A stretch of DNA of 64,000 nucleotides from Mytilus trossulus (lineage: Eukaryota): assembly GCF_036588685.1 (NCBI RefSeq), contig NC_086376.1, forward strand, positions 83,393,014-83,457,013, read 5' to 3'. The notes beneath the pieces were generated by a model. The model made no database searches. It saw only the letters and a program-made list of their open reading frames with translations, and had not been told where the DNA came from. Position 1 is the stretch's first letter, and each line of letters starts with the position of its first letter. Of this stretch, positions 48,461 through 58,955 are shown in pieces. A program made the translations under genes and the position numbers.

Positions 48461-49836
48461 CTGAAAATAAAAGAATTCCTTCATTAATAACAATTACTAA
48501 ACAGCATGTTGCTTTATTGCACATTTTTTTGGTTTAAGATTTAAGTTAAAAATGTTTTCAACATACATTTTCACCTTTTCCTTAAAATTGTGTAACCCCT
48601 TTAGCTTTTTTCTGCCAATTTCCTTTCATAATCTAAAAGAATTCTAGGTAATCTATTTATAATTCAACCATTGAGGAATATTATTTGCATGTTGGGTTAC
48701 TAACAATTAAAATTACCCATAGCTCTTTTGATTCTTAAATGATGATTTGTACAAATAAATAGTGAAAAACAATCACTACATTAGATAAATTTCTCTAATA
48801 TTTCTGTTCTTTCTACACTTTTAATCAAATTAATCATCTATGTTCCATATGTATCTCATGTGAACAATCCATTCACCCTTTTCTTATCGAGAAAGTATTT
48901 ACATCCGTATTTCCCCCCATAATTTGATGTATTTTACATTGCAGGAAAAAAATAGTTATAAAAGTGTTCTTGTATTGAATTTCAGAGAAAAAATCCATAA
49001 GTGTTAAATTACGACAAGTTTATTTTTTAAAATGTATATAGAGCTTCTTCTTTAACATTACCATGTCAAATTTTATGACTTTCATTGAAAAAGGTATACA
49101 AAATATTTTGTTGGATCCAATACTATTATCAATACCTTGCCCAGTATGTACACGATAAATTGACGGAATTCATTTTGACAATTTTGTTCTATCTGCGAAA
49201 AGTTATGAAAATTTACACCCTGCGAAAATAACCTGCTTTACTGTAACTCACAGTATGTTGAATTCCTACTTACCACTATACTGAAAAAAATACAAAGTGA
49301 TGATCTGAGATACAAGTGAAGCTAAACTTCCTTCTACTGTCTTAGAACTACCTGCAAAATATTGATGAAATTTACAAGATGGCAAGGAAGTACCTATTAT
49401 ACATCAATTGTTGTTTGAATAATGTTCAAATATGATGGCAAATATTTTGTACCTTAAAATCAGTATGTTTAAAAAAGAATAACTTAGTTAGTGCATGTTA
49501 CAAAACAAAGGAAATGGTATGATAAAAGCAATTATTTCTCCACTGAAAGTGCAAATAAAGTAAAATTTAAACTATTCTGATGGTGTATCTCAAAGAACAA
49601 AAGAGGGGTGTGTAAAAACATTGCAAAAGAACTTATGAAACTCCATTGTGCAACATTGTGCTCATTTATGCACAAAGGAGGTTTATAGGAGCACAAGTGA
49701 TCTTAAATTCCTCTTTGCAAGGAAATAATGTAGTTTCTGAATTAGATTTTCAATATGCAAGACTTTGTGTAATCACTTGAATCAGTTTGGAACTCTCTAT
49801 TATAATTTTGAGTCAAATCACTTTTAAATAATTTAC

Positions 49837-49935
49837 CTGGACATTTAACCCTGCCTATTTTACTGCCAATAATAGATGCTACAGCATCTCCTATACCAAC
49901 TGATATTACACCAGCATACACTGAAATGTCTGAAA
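49837..49935 (-). CDS. DOLK: DOLK exon with the CTP-binding motif: VSDISVYAGVISVGIGDAVASIIGSKIGRVKCP(G). The acceptor may be 6 nt further in, at 49929
   Basis: Matches human [30 protein letters not shown] (DOLK/Sec59 signature). Donor is ccag|gtaaat. Confidence 0.85.
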
Positions 49936-50336
49936 CTAAAGAAAACTCAATACTTCAAAATTTAAATTCAAGTGGCATTCACTTTTCTGAATATTCAGAT
50001 ACTGAGTCAAATTAATAAGCTAAAAGCTTTTTTTCTGTCAAAAAAAATTGTGAAATTTCCTGCTGGATGTTCCCAATCAATAGGATTAGAAAGTAGGGTT
50101 TTACTACCTGCTTGCATTTAGTATCTTTTTGTGTATTTATATAACTTATGTGTTATGCTTGTACGAAGAACAAAAGTGAAAGCAGGTGAAACCATGTTAT
50201 CAAGATTACAAATAAAACAGGAAACCAGAGTTATGAATTATATTGTATGCAATGTGTATTAATTCCATGGTTACTTTATAAGGTATTTTTATGTATGTCT
50301 TTCTATTTCATCTTTTAAATTTTATCAATTATCTAC

Positions 50337-50499
50337 CTGGTATTCTGAAAATGAAAGACAGCCATAATGGCAAAGATAATCCTAATATTAAATATATTGG
50401 AGTTAATGCTAGAGGTCCTTCATCCTGCTTATCTAGGAATAACTTATACTTTTCTTCTATTAATTGTCCAAATGGCTGCACATCCATGTATCTTAAAGT
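50337..50499 (-). CDS. DOLK: DOLK exon: TLRYMDVQPFGQLIEEKYKLFLDKQDEGPLALTPIYLILGLSLPLWLSFIFRIP
   Basis: Matches human [51 protein letters not shown]. Acceptor is cttttcag and donor is gtagat. Confidence 0.88.
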
Positions 50500-50959
50500 C
50501 TGAAAAGATAATCAAACAACTTCAAAGTTACAAAAACACTTGTTAATAAAACAGTGTAACTCAGCCAAAAAAACTTACAAAACAAACATGTATTACATCA
50601 ACACATTCTGTACGTGCCTGTCCTAAGTCTTGAGCTTGTTATTCAGTGCTTGGTGTGTGTTGATGTGTGTTGCTATATATCATTTTTATTTTCGTTAATT
50701 GTTTTGATTTTTCTCCTAAAGTTGAATTATTTACGTCTGTCATTTTGAACTATTTTTGTAACAAAAGGATTCCATGCCAAGCTCACACACTATAACATTT
50801 ATTTGTGATGTATAGTTAATCATTTATAAGATAAGATATTCTTCAAATTATTGGAGGTTTCAAAATTGAGTTGAAATGCCAAGAAGGGGCGGTTACAGTC
50901 ATTTTAAAAAGAGTACTTTTGAAAAATAAAATAATGTTTAGTTTAAACATATTTATTTA

Positions 50960-51290
50960 TAGTGGATTGGGAAACAAGTTTTGCAACTTATATTAATCCC
51001 TTTCCACTTTGCGGGTGCGAGTGCTGCCTTGTAGCGGCATTAGCCTACTCTTTTTCGAAATCTACAAGGGTGTCTTTAACGTGCAAGAGATGTGGCTCTC
51101 TCTTAACACGGGTCAGCCATTTATCGTCCCTTTCCGACGGACTATCATCGTTTCCTCAAGACCATACTCGCAGATGGTGTCAAGGGAGAGCCGAAAATTG
51201 AGTTCCTGAAATTTTCATCCCAATCGGGAATCGAACCAGGAACCTTTGTGTTAGTAGTCCAATGCACTAACCACTACACCACGGCTCTCA
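50960..51290 (-). mobile_element. tRNA-derived SINE candidate (degenerate tRNA-like head GCCGTGGTGTAGTGGTTAGTGCATTGGACT...GGTTCGATTCCCGATTGGG at 51215-51290)
   Basis: Box-A-like (TAGTGGTTAGTG) and box-B-like (GGTTCGATTCC) motifs without a foldable cloverleaf. It is antisense within a DOLK intron. Confidence 0.4.
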
Positions 51291-51538
51291 ATAAAATAAT
51301 GTCTTGGGTTAATGAAGATAACTCTATCAATCAGTATTGCATTTGATTAATTATTTTGAATAACTTGTTTGATACAGGATGAAAATCATCTGTTACTTAC
51401 AAATGTAGCAGCTTGAAGTATAATTTTGAAGGAGATTGACATAACTGTGAAATTGCTTTTAGAGTTATGTCCCTTAAACTAAGAATTGATTATTTTTCAA
51501 GGTAAAATAAATATGAATCAATTGGTGTTTTTACTAAC

Positions 51539-51745
51539 CTCTATGACAAACATAACACAGAAAGCAAGAAGAGATGCTGTAGTTAGGAATGTAGGATCTA
51601 ACAATAAACCTGGAATGTAAACTGCTACTATAATGACATGGAAAAACTTTCTTGTTGCTGTGGAAACAGAAGTCTGCTTACTGTACATCAACAAATACAC
51701 CACAGTGATTGCTGTCAATGAACCATACCAGGCCACAAGGTTAAA
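51539..51745 (-). CDS. DOLK: DOLK exon: FNLVAWYGSLTAITVVYLLMYSKQTSVSTATRKFFHVIIVAVYIPGLLLDPTFLTTASLLAFCVMFVIE
   Basis: Strong match to human YWSLLATLACLVVLY...[39 protein letters not shown]. Acceptor is tgttgtag and donor is gttagt. Confidence 0.88.
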
Positions 51746-52699
51746 CTACAACAGAAATAAACATTTTGTTTCAATAAAACAAGACATCAGCTGCAAATGA
51801 CAGTTACAATGAAGATATAATTACGCCAAAAGCAACAGCTAATTTGCTTGTTTTTTTTCCTTGGTAAGAGATTAATAATACTTTAAGCATAGCGTTTAAA
51901 GTAGCCTCTATTTGTACAGATACAAAAATAAATATATATTTAACAAAAGACACTCAGTATAAAAAGATCAAACAAAAAATTAAAATTATAGTTACAAATT
52001 TTTAAAATGTGTTTTTGGACAAAACATAGCAATACTGTAAATTTCTTAAATTATTGTGATGTTTTTATTATTGCGAAAAATGCGACAGGGTTAGAATCAC
52101 ATTATTTAAACTCCCATTTTGAAATTCTTAATATGACTTAAACAGGATTTTTCTCAATATTGCAAAAATTAAATTCACATTTCAGTCTAAAAATTTCAAA
52201 ATCGAATTTATAAATGCACGCAATAATTTGTGAATTTACAGCGCTCTACTGTGTTACTGTTTTTCAATACATTTTGTAACTATAATTACCAATTGACTGT
52301 AATAATATGAGTAGAAATGTACATTCTTTATTTAACAATTTAAATTAGGGATGTCAACTTGGTGAAGATTTACTAATCGAGTACTTGTTACCGAGCGATA
52401 CTCCAGTACTCTCTCAGTTAAACATTTACAAAATGGAAACACAAACACCCATTTTATGTATTGTGGATCTTTGTCTTCAAAACGTGAAACCCTTGAACAC
52501 TTTGACCTAGGACTAGATAATCGTCCAAGGAATTTCATACTATAATTATTAGCTAATTTACTACATGTACTAATTATGCATACAGGCAATAATCTAATCA
52601 AGTAATTATAATCAATGTCTATAGAAAAATTATTTCTCAAACAGCCGTGTTTGGGACCCGTAAAAAAGACAGTTAATGATCAGCAAATAAATTTAACTT

Positions 52700-54015
52700 T
52701 TTACAAAAACTAGAGGCTCTAAAGAGCCTGTGTCGCTCACCTTGGTCTATGTGAATATTAAACAAAGGACAGAGATGGATTCATGACAAAATTGTGTTTT
52801 GGTGATGGTGATGTGTTTGTACATCTTACTTTACTGAACATTCTTGCTGCTTACAATTATCTTTATCTATAATAAACTTGGCCCAGTAGTTTCAGAGGAG
52901 AAGATTTTTGTAAAAGATTACTAAGATTTACGAAAAATGGTTAAAAATTGACTATAAAAAGCAATAACTCCTAAAGGGGTCAACTAATCATTTCAGTCTT
53001 GTTGACTAATTTGTAAATCTTACTTTGCTGAACATAATTGCTGTTTACAGTTTATCTCTATCTATAATAATATTCAAGATAATAACCAAAAACAGCAAAA
53101 TTTCCTTAAAATTACCAATTCAGGGGCAGCAACCCAACAACAGGTTTACTGATTCAACTGAAAATTTCAGGGCAGATAGATCTTGAACTGATAATCAATT
53201 TTACTTCATGTCAGATTGCTCTAAATGCTTTGCTTTTTGAGTTATAAGCCAAAAACTGCAATTTACCCCTATGTTCTATTTTTAGCTGTGGTGGCCATCT
53301 TGGTTGGTTCGCCAGGTCACGCCACACATTTTTTAAACTAGATACCCCAATGATGATTGTGGCCTAGTTTGGTGTAATTTGGTCCAGTACTTTCAGAGGA
53401 GAAGATTTTTTTAAAAGATAACTAAGATATACGAAAAATGGTTAAAAATTGACTATAAAGGACAATAACTCCACAAGGGGTCAACTGACCATTTCGGTCA
53501 TGTTGAATTTTTTATAGATCTTACTTTGCTGAACATTATTGCTGTTTACAGTTTATCTCTATCTATAATAATATTCAAGATAATAACCAAAAACAGCAAA
53601 ATATCCTTAAAATTACCAATTCAGGGGTGGCAACCCAACAAAAGTTTGTCCGATTCAACTGAAAATTTCAGGGCAGATAGATCTTGACCTGATTAACAAT
53701 TATACCCTTTGTCAGATTTGCTCTAAGTGCTTTGGTTTTTGAGTTATAAGCCTAAAACTGCATTTTACCCCTATGTTCTATTTTTAGATATGGTGGCCAT
53801 CTTGGTTGGTTGGCTGGGTCATCCAACACATTTTTTAAACAAGATACCCCAATCATGATTGTGGCCAAGTTTGGTTTAATTAGGCCCAGTGGTTTCAGAG
53901 GAGAAGATTTTTGTAAAAGTTAACGACGATGGACAACGACAGATGATGGACGACAGACACTAGACGCAAAGTGATGGGAAAAGCTCACTTGGCACTTCGG
54001 GCCAGGTGAGCTTAA
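52700..54015 (-). mobile_element. Second copy, in inverted orientation, of the composite hairpin-microsatellite-tandem-repeat element (tail at 52700-52745, two ~540-bp units, degenerate (GTC)n and hairpin at 53925-54015)
   Basis: Reverse complement of the 19320-20615 element. It lies in a DOLK intron. Confidence 0.7.
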
Positions 54016-54255
54016 AATGTGTGTGATGCTCAAATAGATATTTACCTATTGTGTATCAAATCTATACAATGCAATTCTTCAAATAATTAACCGAAAGTGT
54101 ATGAAATACACAAGTTCATTGCTCAAAACTAACACTTTTGATATACCGGTAATATTATGCCAGGGAAATTATTTAAACTTATTTGTTACCCACCTTTAAA
54201 AGATAAGGGTAATTTTTACGATGTCTTTTGAAAGAAAACTGACTGATTTACATAC

Positions 54256-54435
54256 TCTGATTAAATTCCCAGAGAAATACTCCAACAGGATAACTACAGG
54301 GTTTTGTCTTGGTAAACCAAATATAAGAAAGACTCCAATGACTAGACTGTACACTAAGTAAAATTTCAACTTGGATGTGTATTCTCTGATCATATGTAGT
54401 AATACTGAAGCTAGAACAACTCCAAGTATGGCAAG
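54256..54435 (-). CDS. DOLK: DOLK exon: LAILGVVLASVLLHMIREYTSKLKFYLVYSLVIGVFLIFGLPRQNPVVILLEYFSGNLIR
   Basis: Aligns to human [39 protein letters not shown]. Acceptor is tttttcag and donor is gtatgt. Confidence 0.8.
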
Positions 54436-55542
54436 CTGAAAAATAATACATTTTGTAGTTATTTATAAGATATATAATATAATAAATACACAATAAACTT
54501 TTGGTAGGGTTATTGTTGCTCAGTCTTTAGTTTTCTATTTTGTGTTTTTTGAGTACTATTGTTTGTCTGTTTATTTTTTAGCGATGGTGTGGTAAGTTTA
54601 TTTTTTGACTTATGAGTTTGCATGTCTCTCTGGTATTGATTGCCTCTCTTGAATCCAACATAAAAAAGATATAATTAAAATCTATTGTTCACTGAATATA
54701 TTAGATTTCACATTCGTTTTTGTATGTATTTTTTTTTTATTTCCATGTAGTTTTAACATTTGACTCTACCATAACATATATTTACACCTGGACATGTTTA
54801 CTCACCATTGCTATCTTTATCATGGCATGATCTGACAGTGTCTCTTCTTGATTTTCCTGTTAAATAAACTACATTTTTACTAAATGTTAAACTGAAAACT
54901 CTTTTATTCAGTTTTATGATGAATATCAAAACAGGGCTAATCCATTTTTAATAGAAATCACATATGATTTATAGAATATGACATTAGTTGAGCCAATATG
55001 CTACCTTAGAGATAAAGAAGTTGTAAATATAGGGGGAGGGGGTAGGACCTTTATCGGGACTCCAGGATCAGGTGTTTTTAAGCTCGAGATTTCAGGATTT
55101 ACCCTTTCTTGATCATGGAATTCTTTTTTCAAATTTCGGGATCAAAGGATTTCATGTTTTTAAGGTTGGGATTTCGGGATCAGGACCCCTCCCATCTCCC
55201 CTTAATATAGCTACTGTATGTACACATTGCTTATGTGGTAGATCAGAATAATATGATACTGACTTTATATTGTTAACATGAATCTAACTATAGTGTTTTC
55301 TTTAATAATTGAACAGGTTTGAATCTACAAGGCAAAATAAAAGCAGACCAAATTTAAGCAGAATTATGATACAGTGTCTAATAAAATATCATGTATTTTA
55401 TAATGAATTAAGATATTTTATCTGTATTATTTTGAATCATAATACATGCTCTGTGATTGTTGATTGAGGTGTTGCTTCAGATTTATTACAAGTTAATAGC
55501 TAACATTGTACAGATAGTATTAAGTCAATTATGTTTAATTAC

Positions 55543-55712
55543 CTGAAGAATACCAGTTCTAAATAAGAATTCGTTGACAATGAGAAATGTAGACTGTAAT
55601 ACTATGATGCTTTCTCCATATGAAAATGCCATTGGAAACTTCTGTGGCAATTTTGACAAAGCAAAGTAGTACATTATGCTGTGAAATACACATAATCGAA
55701 TGCTACTCAAAT
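55543..55712 (-). CDS. DOLK: DOLK exon: DLSSIRLCVFHSIMYYFALSKLPQKFPMAFSYGESIIVLQSTFLIVNEFLFRTGILQ
   Basis: Acceptor is ttattgcag and donor is gtaatt. Phase 0 at the end. Confidence 0.65.
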
Positions 55713-56097
55713 CTGCAATAAATAGAAATAAATAACATTATAAAGGGACATAACTCAAGAACGATGAAAGTTACGCTATCCAAATTTGTACTTGATTTGA
55801 GTTTTGTGGTAATAAGTATTGTGTATAGGTCCCATAATGTTCGGTTGGGACAAACTTCGAGTTACAGAACGGAAACTAAATATTTTTTTGCAATTTTTCG
55901 ATTTATATTTTGTGGTAAAAAGCATTGTGTATAAGTTTCAAAACATGTAGACACTTCAGTTGGAGAACAGAAACTAAAAGTTTTGCATTGTTTTCAGTGT
56001 TCTCCCCTGGATTTTTTGATAGCGCTGTTGTAAGCGTGCTGTAATTGATTAATTCACCTTTTTACCTTATTTTAACATAATGTTACATATAGATTCT

Positions 56098-56218
56098 TAC
56101 ATTGATACCAGTGGATTATCGGATTTATCCAATCGAGATAGTTAAAATTTATAATTTAACTATCGAGATTGGATAAATCCGATAATCCATGAGTAACTAT
56201 GTAAGAATCTGTTTCTCT
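56098..56218. repeat. Near-perfect 120-bp palindrome (gattcttacat...ccaatcgagatagttaaa|tttataatttaactatcgagattgg...atgtaagaatc)
   Basis: The arms are exact reverse complements. It is MITE-like and lies in a DOLK intron. Confidence 0.7.
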
Positions 56219-56812
56219 AATGATTAAAAACGCATTTTCTTTTTTTTGTTAACCAAAAATCCCCTTCGAGTGCCTTTCACATTGCACGAAGTTGTCAATT
56301 TTATTAACACCTGTGAGCATATTTTGATTCATCCAGTTAGCTTAAAAGGTCATGACCCTTAGAATCAGCCAATGATCTTTTGAGATCACCAGCAACCACA
56401 CGTTGATTAAATTTTTTTATACAATGAGTTCGGAACGGGATAAATTTCCATAGAATTAGAGAAATTTATTTATAACTACCATGTTGGTTGTACATTTGTA
56501 TTATATTAAATAGACTAACATTTTTTATACATATCCTTTACAGAAATGGAAAAAAGTAACCTTTTAATTATTAAAAGTTTTAAAAATTAAAATGCCTAGA
56601 TAATTTATATAATTTGATTTCATTACCACCCTTCCAATACACTTTAAGTTGCTTGACTTATAAAATAGCTATATATCCATTACAACTTCATATTTTATTG
56701 ACACATAAATTTTGTATTTTACAGAAAGTTTTCAATTCCAAGATTTGATTTTTTCATTAACTGTAACTACAGGGCCATAGTTTAGTTTGATATATAGCTG
56801 GTGTAAACTCAC

Positions 56813-56950
56813 CTTGTTGTTTAAAGATTTCTTTCAACCACAATAACAATAATGCACCTGCAATCTGTGAAGCATTGGAAGGGTTGTAGTGCACTAATGT
56901 CAAGGTCAAAGTTAACAAAACAAACAACAAACTACTATCTATTTTGTCAT
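56813..56950 (-). CDS. DOLK: DOLK exon: DDKIDSSLLFVLLTLTLTLVHYNPSNASQIAGALLLLWLKEIFKQQ
   Basis: Aligns to human [29 protein letters not shown]. Acceptor is attacag and donor is gtgagt. Confidence 0.7.
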
Positions 56951-57367
56951 CTGTAATACATAAAAAAAAAACATAAAATAACTTTTTCCCTGTGGAAAAA
57001 AGCACTGAACATTCAACAACAATATATTTTTAAAGTTTACAATTTTTTGTTGATAAAAACTCAGTGGTGCATTTTTTGTTTTAACAATTCAGTGATGTAC
57101 TATCCTTTTCTGTCTGAAGATTTTTAAAATCTAATTACAGTCAAGCCTTAATAAACAGAAGTTGCAGGGACCTGATACCATTATTTAACTTATCCAAGTT
57201 AAATGAGATTACAAATAATCCAAATTTGACTCATTACAGTTAGAAATGTCTTTAAAATGTGAGTTCTGCTGAAGTTTACAAAATATCTCAAATCAAAACT
57301 GCTTTTCGACCAAACTGTCCTTTACAAATGAGGTTCAAATATAAATAAAAAAAAAAAATTAAATTAC

Positions 57368-57447
57368 CTGTTTTAGTGATAAAATTCCCAAGAACACAAA
57401 TGGCTGGTATCAAGAAAGAACTCCATAGTCCTTGACTGTTAATAGAC
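57368..57447 (-). CDS. DOLK: DOLK exon: (R)SINSQGLWSSFLIPAICVLGNFITKT
   Basis: Acceptor is ttttcctag and donor is gtaatt. Phase-consistent. Confidence 0.6.
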
Positions 57448-57995
57448 CTAGGAAAACAGAAAATGTAATCATAATAACAAATAGGGAAAGACAAAGATTG
57501 ATAAAATGTGGATGCACAATAAAAGATTAAAATATTACCGACAAGTAATATATACATTTCAGTTAAGTATTTGTTTAACAAAAAGTAATTTCTAACACTA
57601 AAATAAACAGCAAACATTTATTGTGTAACTTGGACATCATAGTGTTTATTGCACATAATAAAAGTTATAACAGTTCTAGAGTTTTGATAAATTGAAGTGA
57701 AAAGTCTATTTTTAAGCATCAAAGGTAACACCTATATACAACGCATGTGTGCTTGCATTGTTTATGTAAGGGAAGGAAATTTTGTTTCCTCCATGCATGT
57801 TTTCACTATTCACTTTTAAACAATCTGGCAGTATGTTTTCAACTTTTCTAAAAGTTTTTCTTATTTTATTATCTCAGTAAGCATTTACTTTTTAATTTTA
57901 GTTTCACCAATAATTGAAGACAAATACCTAAATATGTAATGCAAACTGGAGTTGTCTTCTTGTTTTTGCCTAATTTTCATGTTTGTGACATATAC

Positions 57996-58089
57996 CTGTA
58001 ACTACCTTCTGTTTTCTTGACTGGATTAACATGGAAGAGTGGTGCTGCCTGATGGAGTAGGATCATCAGGAAGGAACAGGCTAGGTAAC
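57996..58089 (-). CDS. DOLK: DOLK exon: YLACSFLMILLHQAAPLFHVNPVKKTEGSY(R)
   Basis: Acceptor is cctttcag and donor is acag|gtatat. Phase consistent with the flanking exons. Confidence 0.55.
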
Positions 58090-58428
58090 CTGAAAGGATC
58101 AACAGATGTACAACTTCACAAATATTTGTCAACTGCTGTAATGTACATTTTCATCAACAAACCATTAAAGACTTGCTTAATTTTCTGTCTTTCAAATTCA
58201 ATAAAATATATCATAAACCCGTTTTTGGCCATTAGATTACTTGAGCCCAATGCTTGTGTTTCATGGAAAATGCATTTCAGACTGTGATTTTTATAAATAT
58301 TGATGCAAAACTTGCTGGTTTCAAGAAAAATTCTGACAAAAATTCTCTATTGCCATATATGCCGTAGTTGCTGTTTATCTTACATGTGATAAAATTAATG
58401 CCATCAAGGATTCAAACTTAACTGTTTG

Positions 58429-58545
58429 CAGTCAAGAGTTACTGGATGTTAGTTTCAAACTTAACTGGTTGTAGTCAAGAGTTACAGGATGTTAGTTTCA
58501 AACTTAACTGGTTGTAGTCAAGAGTTACAGGATGTTAGTTTTATA
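58429..58545. repeat. 44-bp tandem repeat, 3 copies (gtcaagagttacaggatgttagtttcaaacttaactggttgta)
   Basis: Direct tandem copies. Confidence 0.85.
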
Positions 58546-58861
58546 ATTGTCATCTCCAGGCCTTTTATACCTTACTACACTAATCATTGTTGAAGGCTAT
58601 ACAGTGACTTATAATTCTTAATTTCTATGTCATTTGCAATTGGTCTCTGGTAGAGAGTTGTCTCTTTGGCTACCAAACCACATCTTCTTATTTTTATTAT
58701 TTTATAAGTTTTTTTGTATATGTTTATAAGAAAAGTTTGTTGGTATATTAGTTGTAGTAAGACTAAATTATTGGTATATATTTATTTTTTATCACATACA
58801 TGTACACACTACACAAACATATATCTATGTCATGTATGTCTTATATAAGTTATAGTTATAC

Positions 58862-58955
58862 CTAACACAGCTACCTCTGTTTCTGTATCAGATTTGTTAT
58901 ACAAGAAGAATAAGACTGTTCCCATTCCTCCTGTGACAACACTGGTTTCCATCAT
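58862..58955 (-). CDS. DOLK: DOLK exon: MMETSVVTGGMGTVLFFLYNKSDTETEVAVL(G), boundaries tentative
   Basis: Weak match to human [20 protein letters not shown]. The phase-1 donor (ttag|gtataa) fits the next exon. Upstream exons are not found. Confidence 0.4.

Noticed and set aside
50962-51209. Two overlapping + strand ORFs (79 and 66 aa)
   Set aside because: They lie across the body of the tRNA-derived SINE candidate in a DOLK intron. They have no coding features.
51215-51290. Possible tRNA gene on the minus strand
   Set aside because: D and T stems do not base-pair and no 7-bp acceptor stem closes. It is interpreted as a SINE head or tRNA pseudogene.
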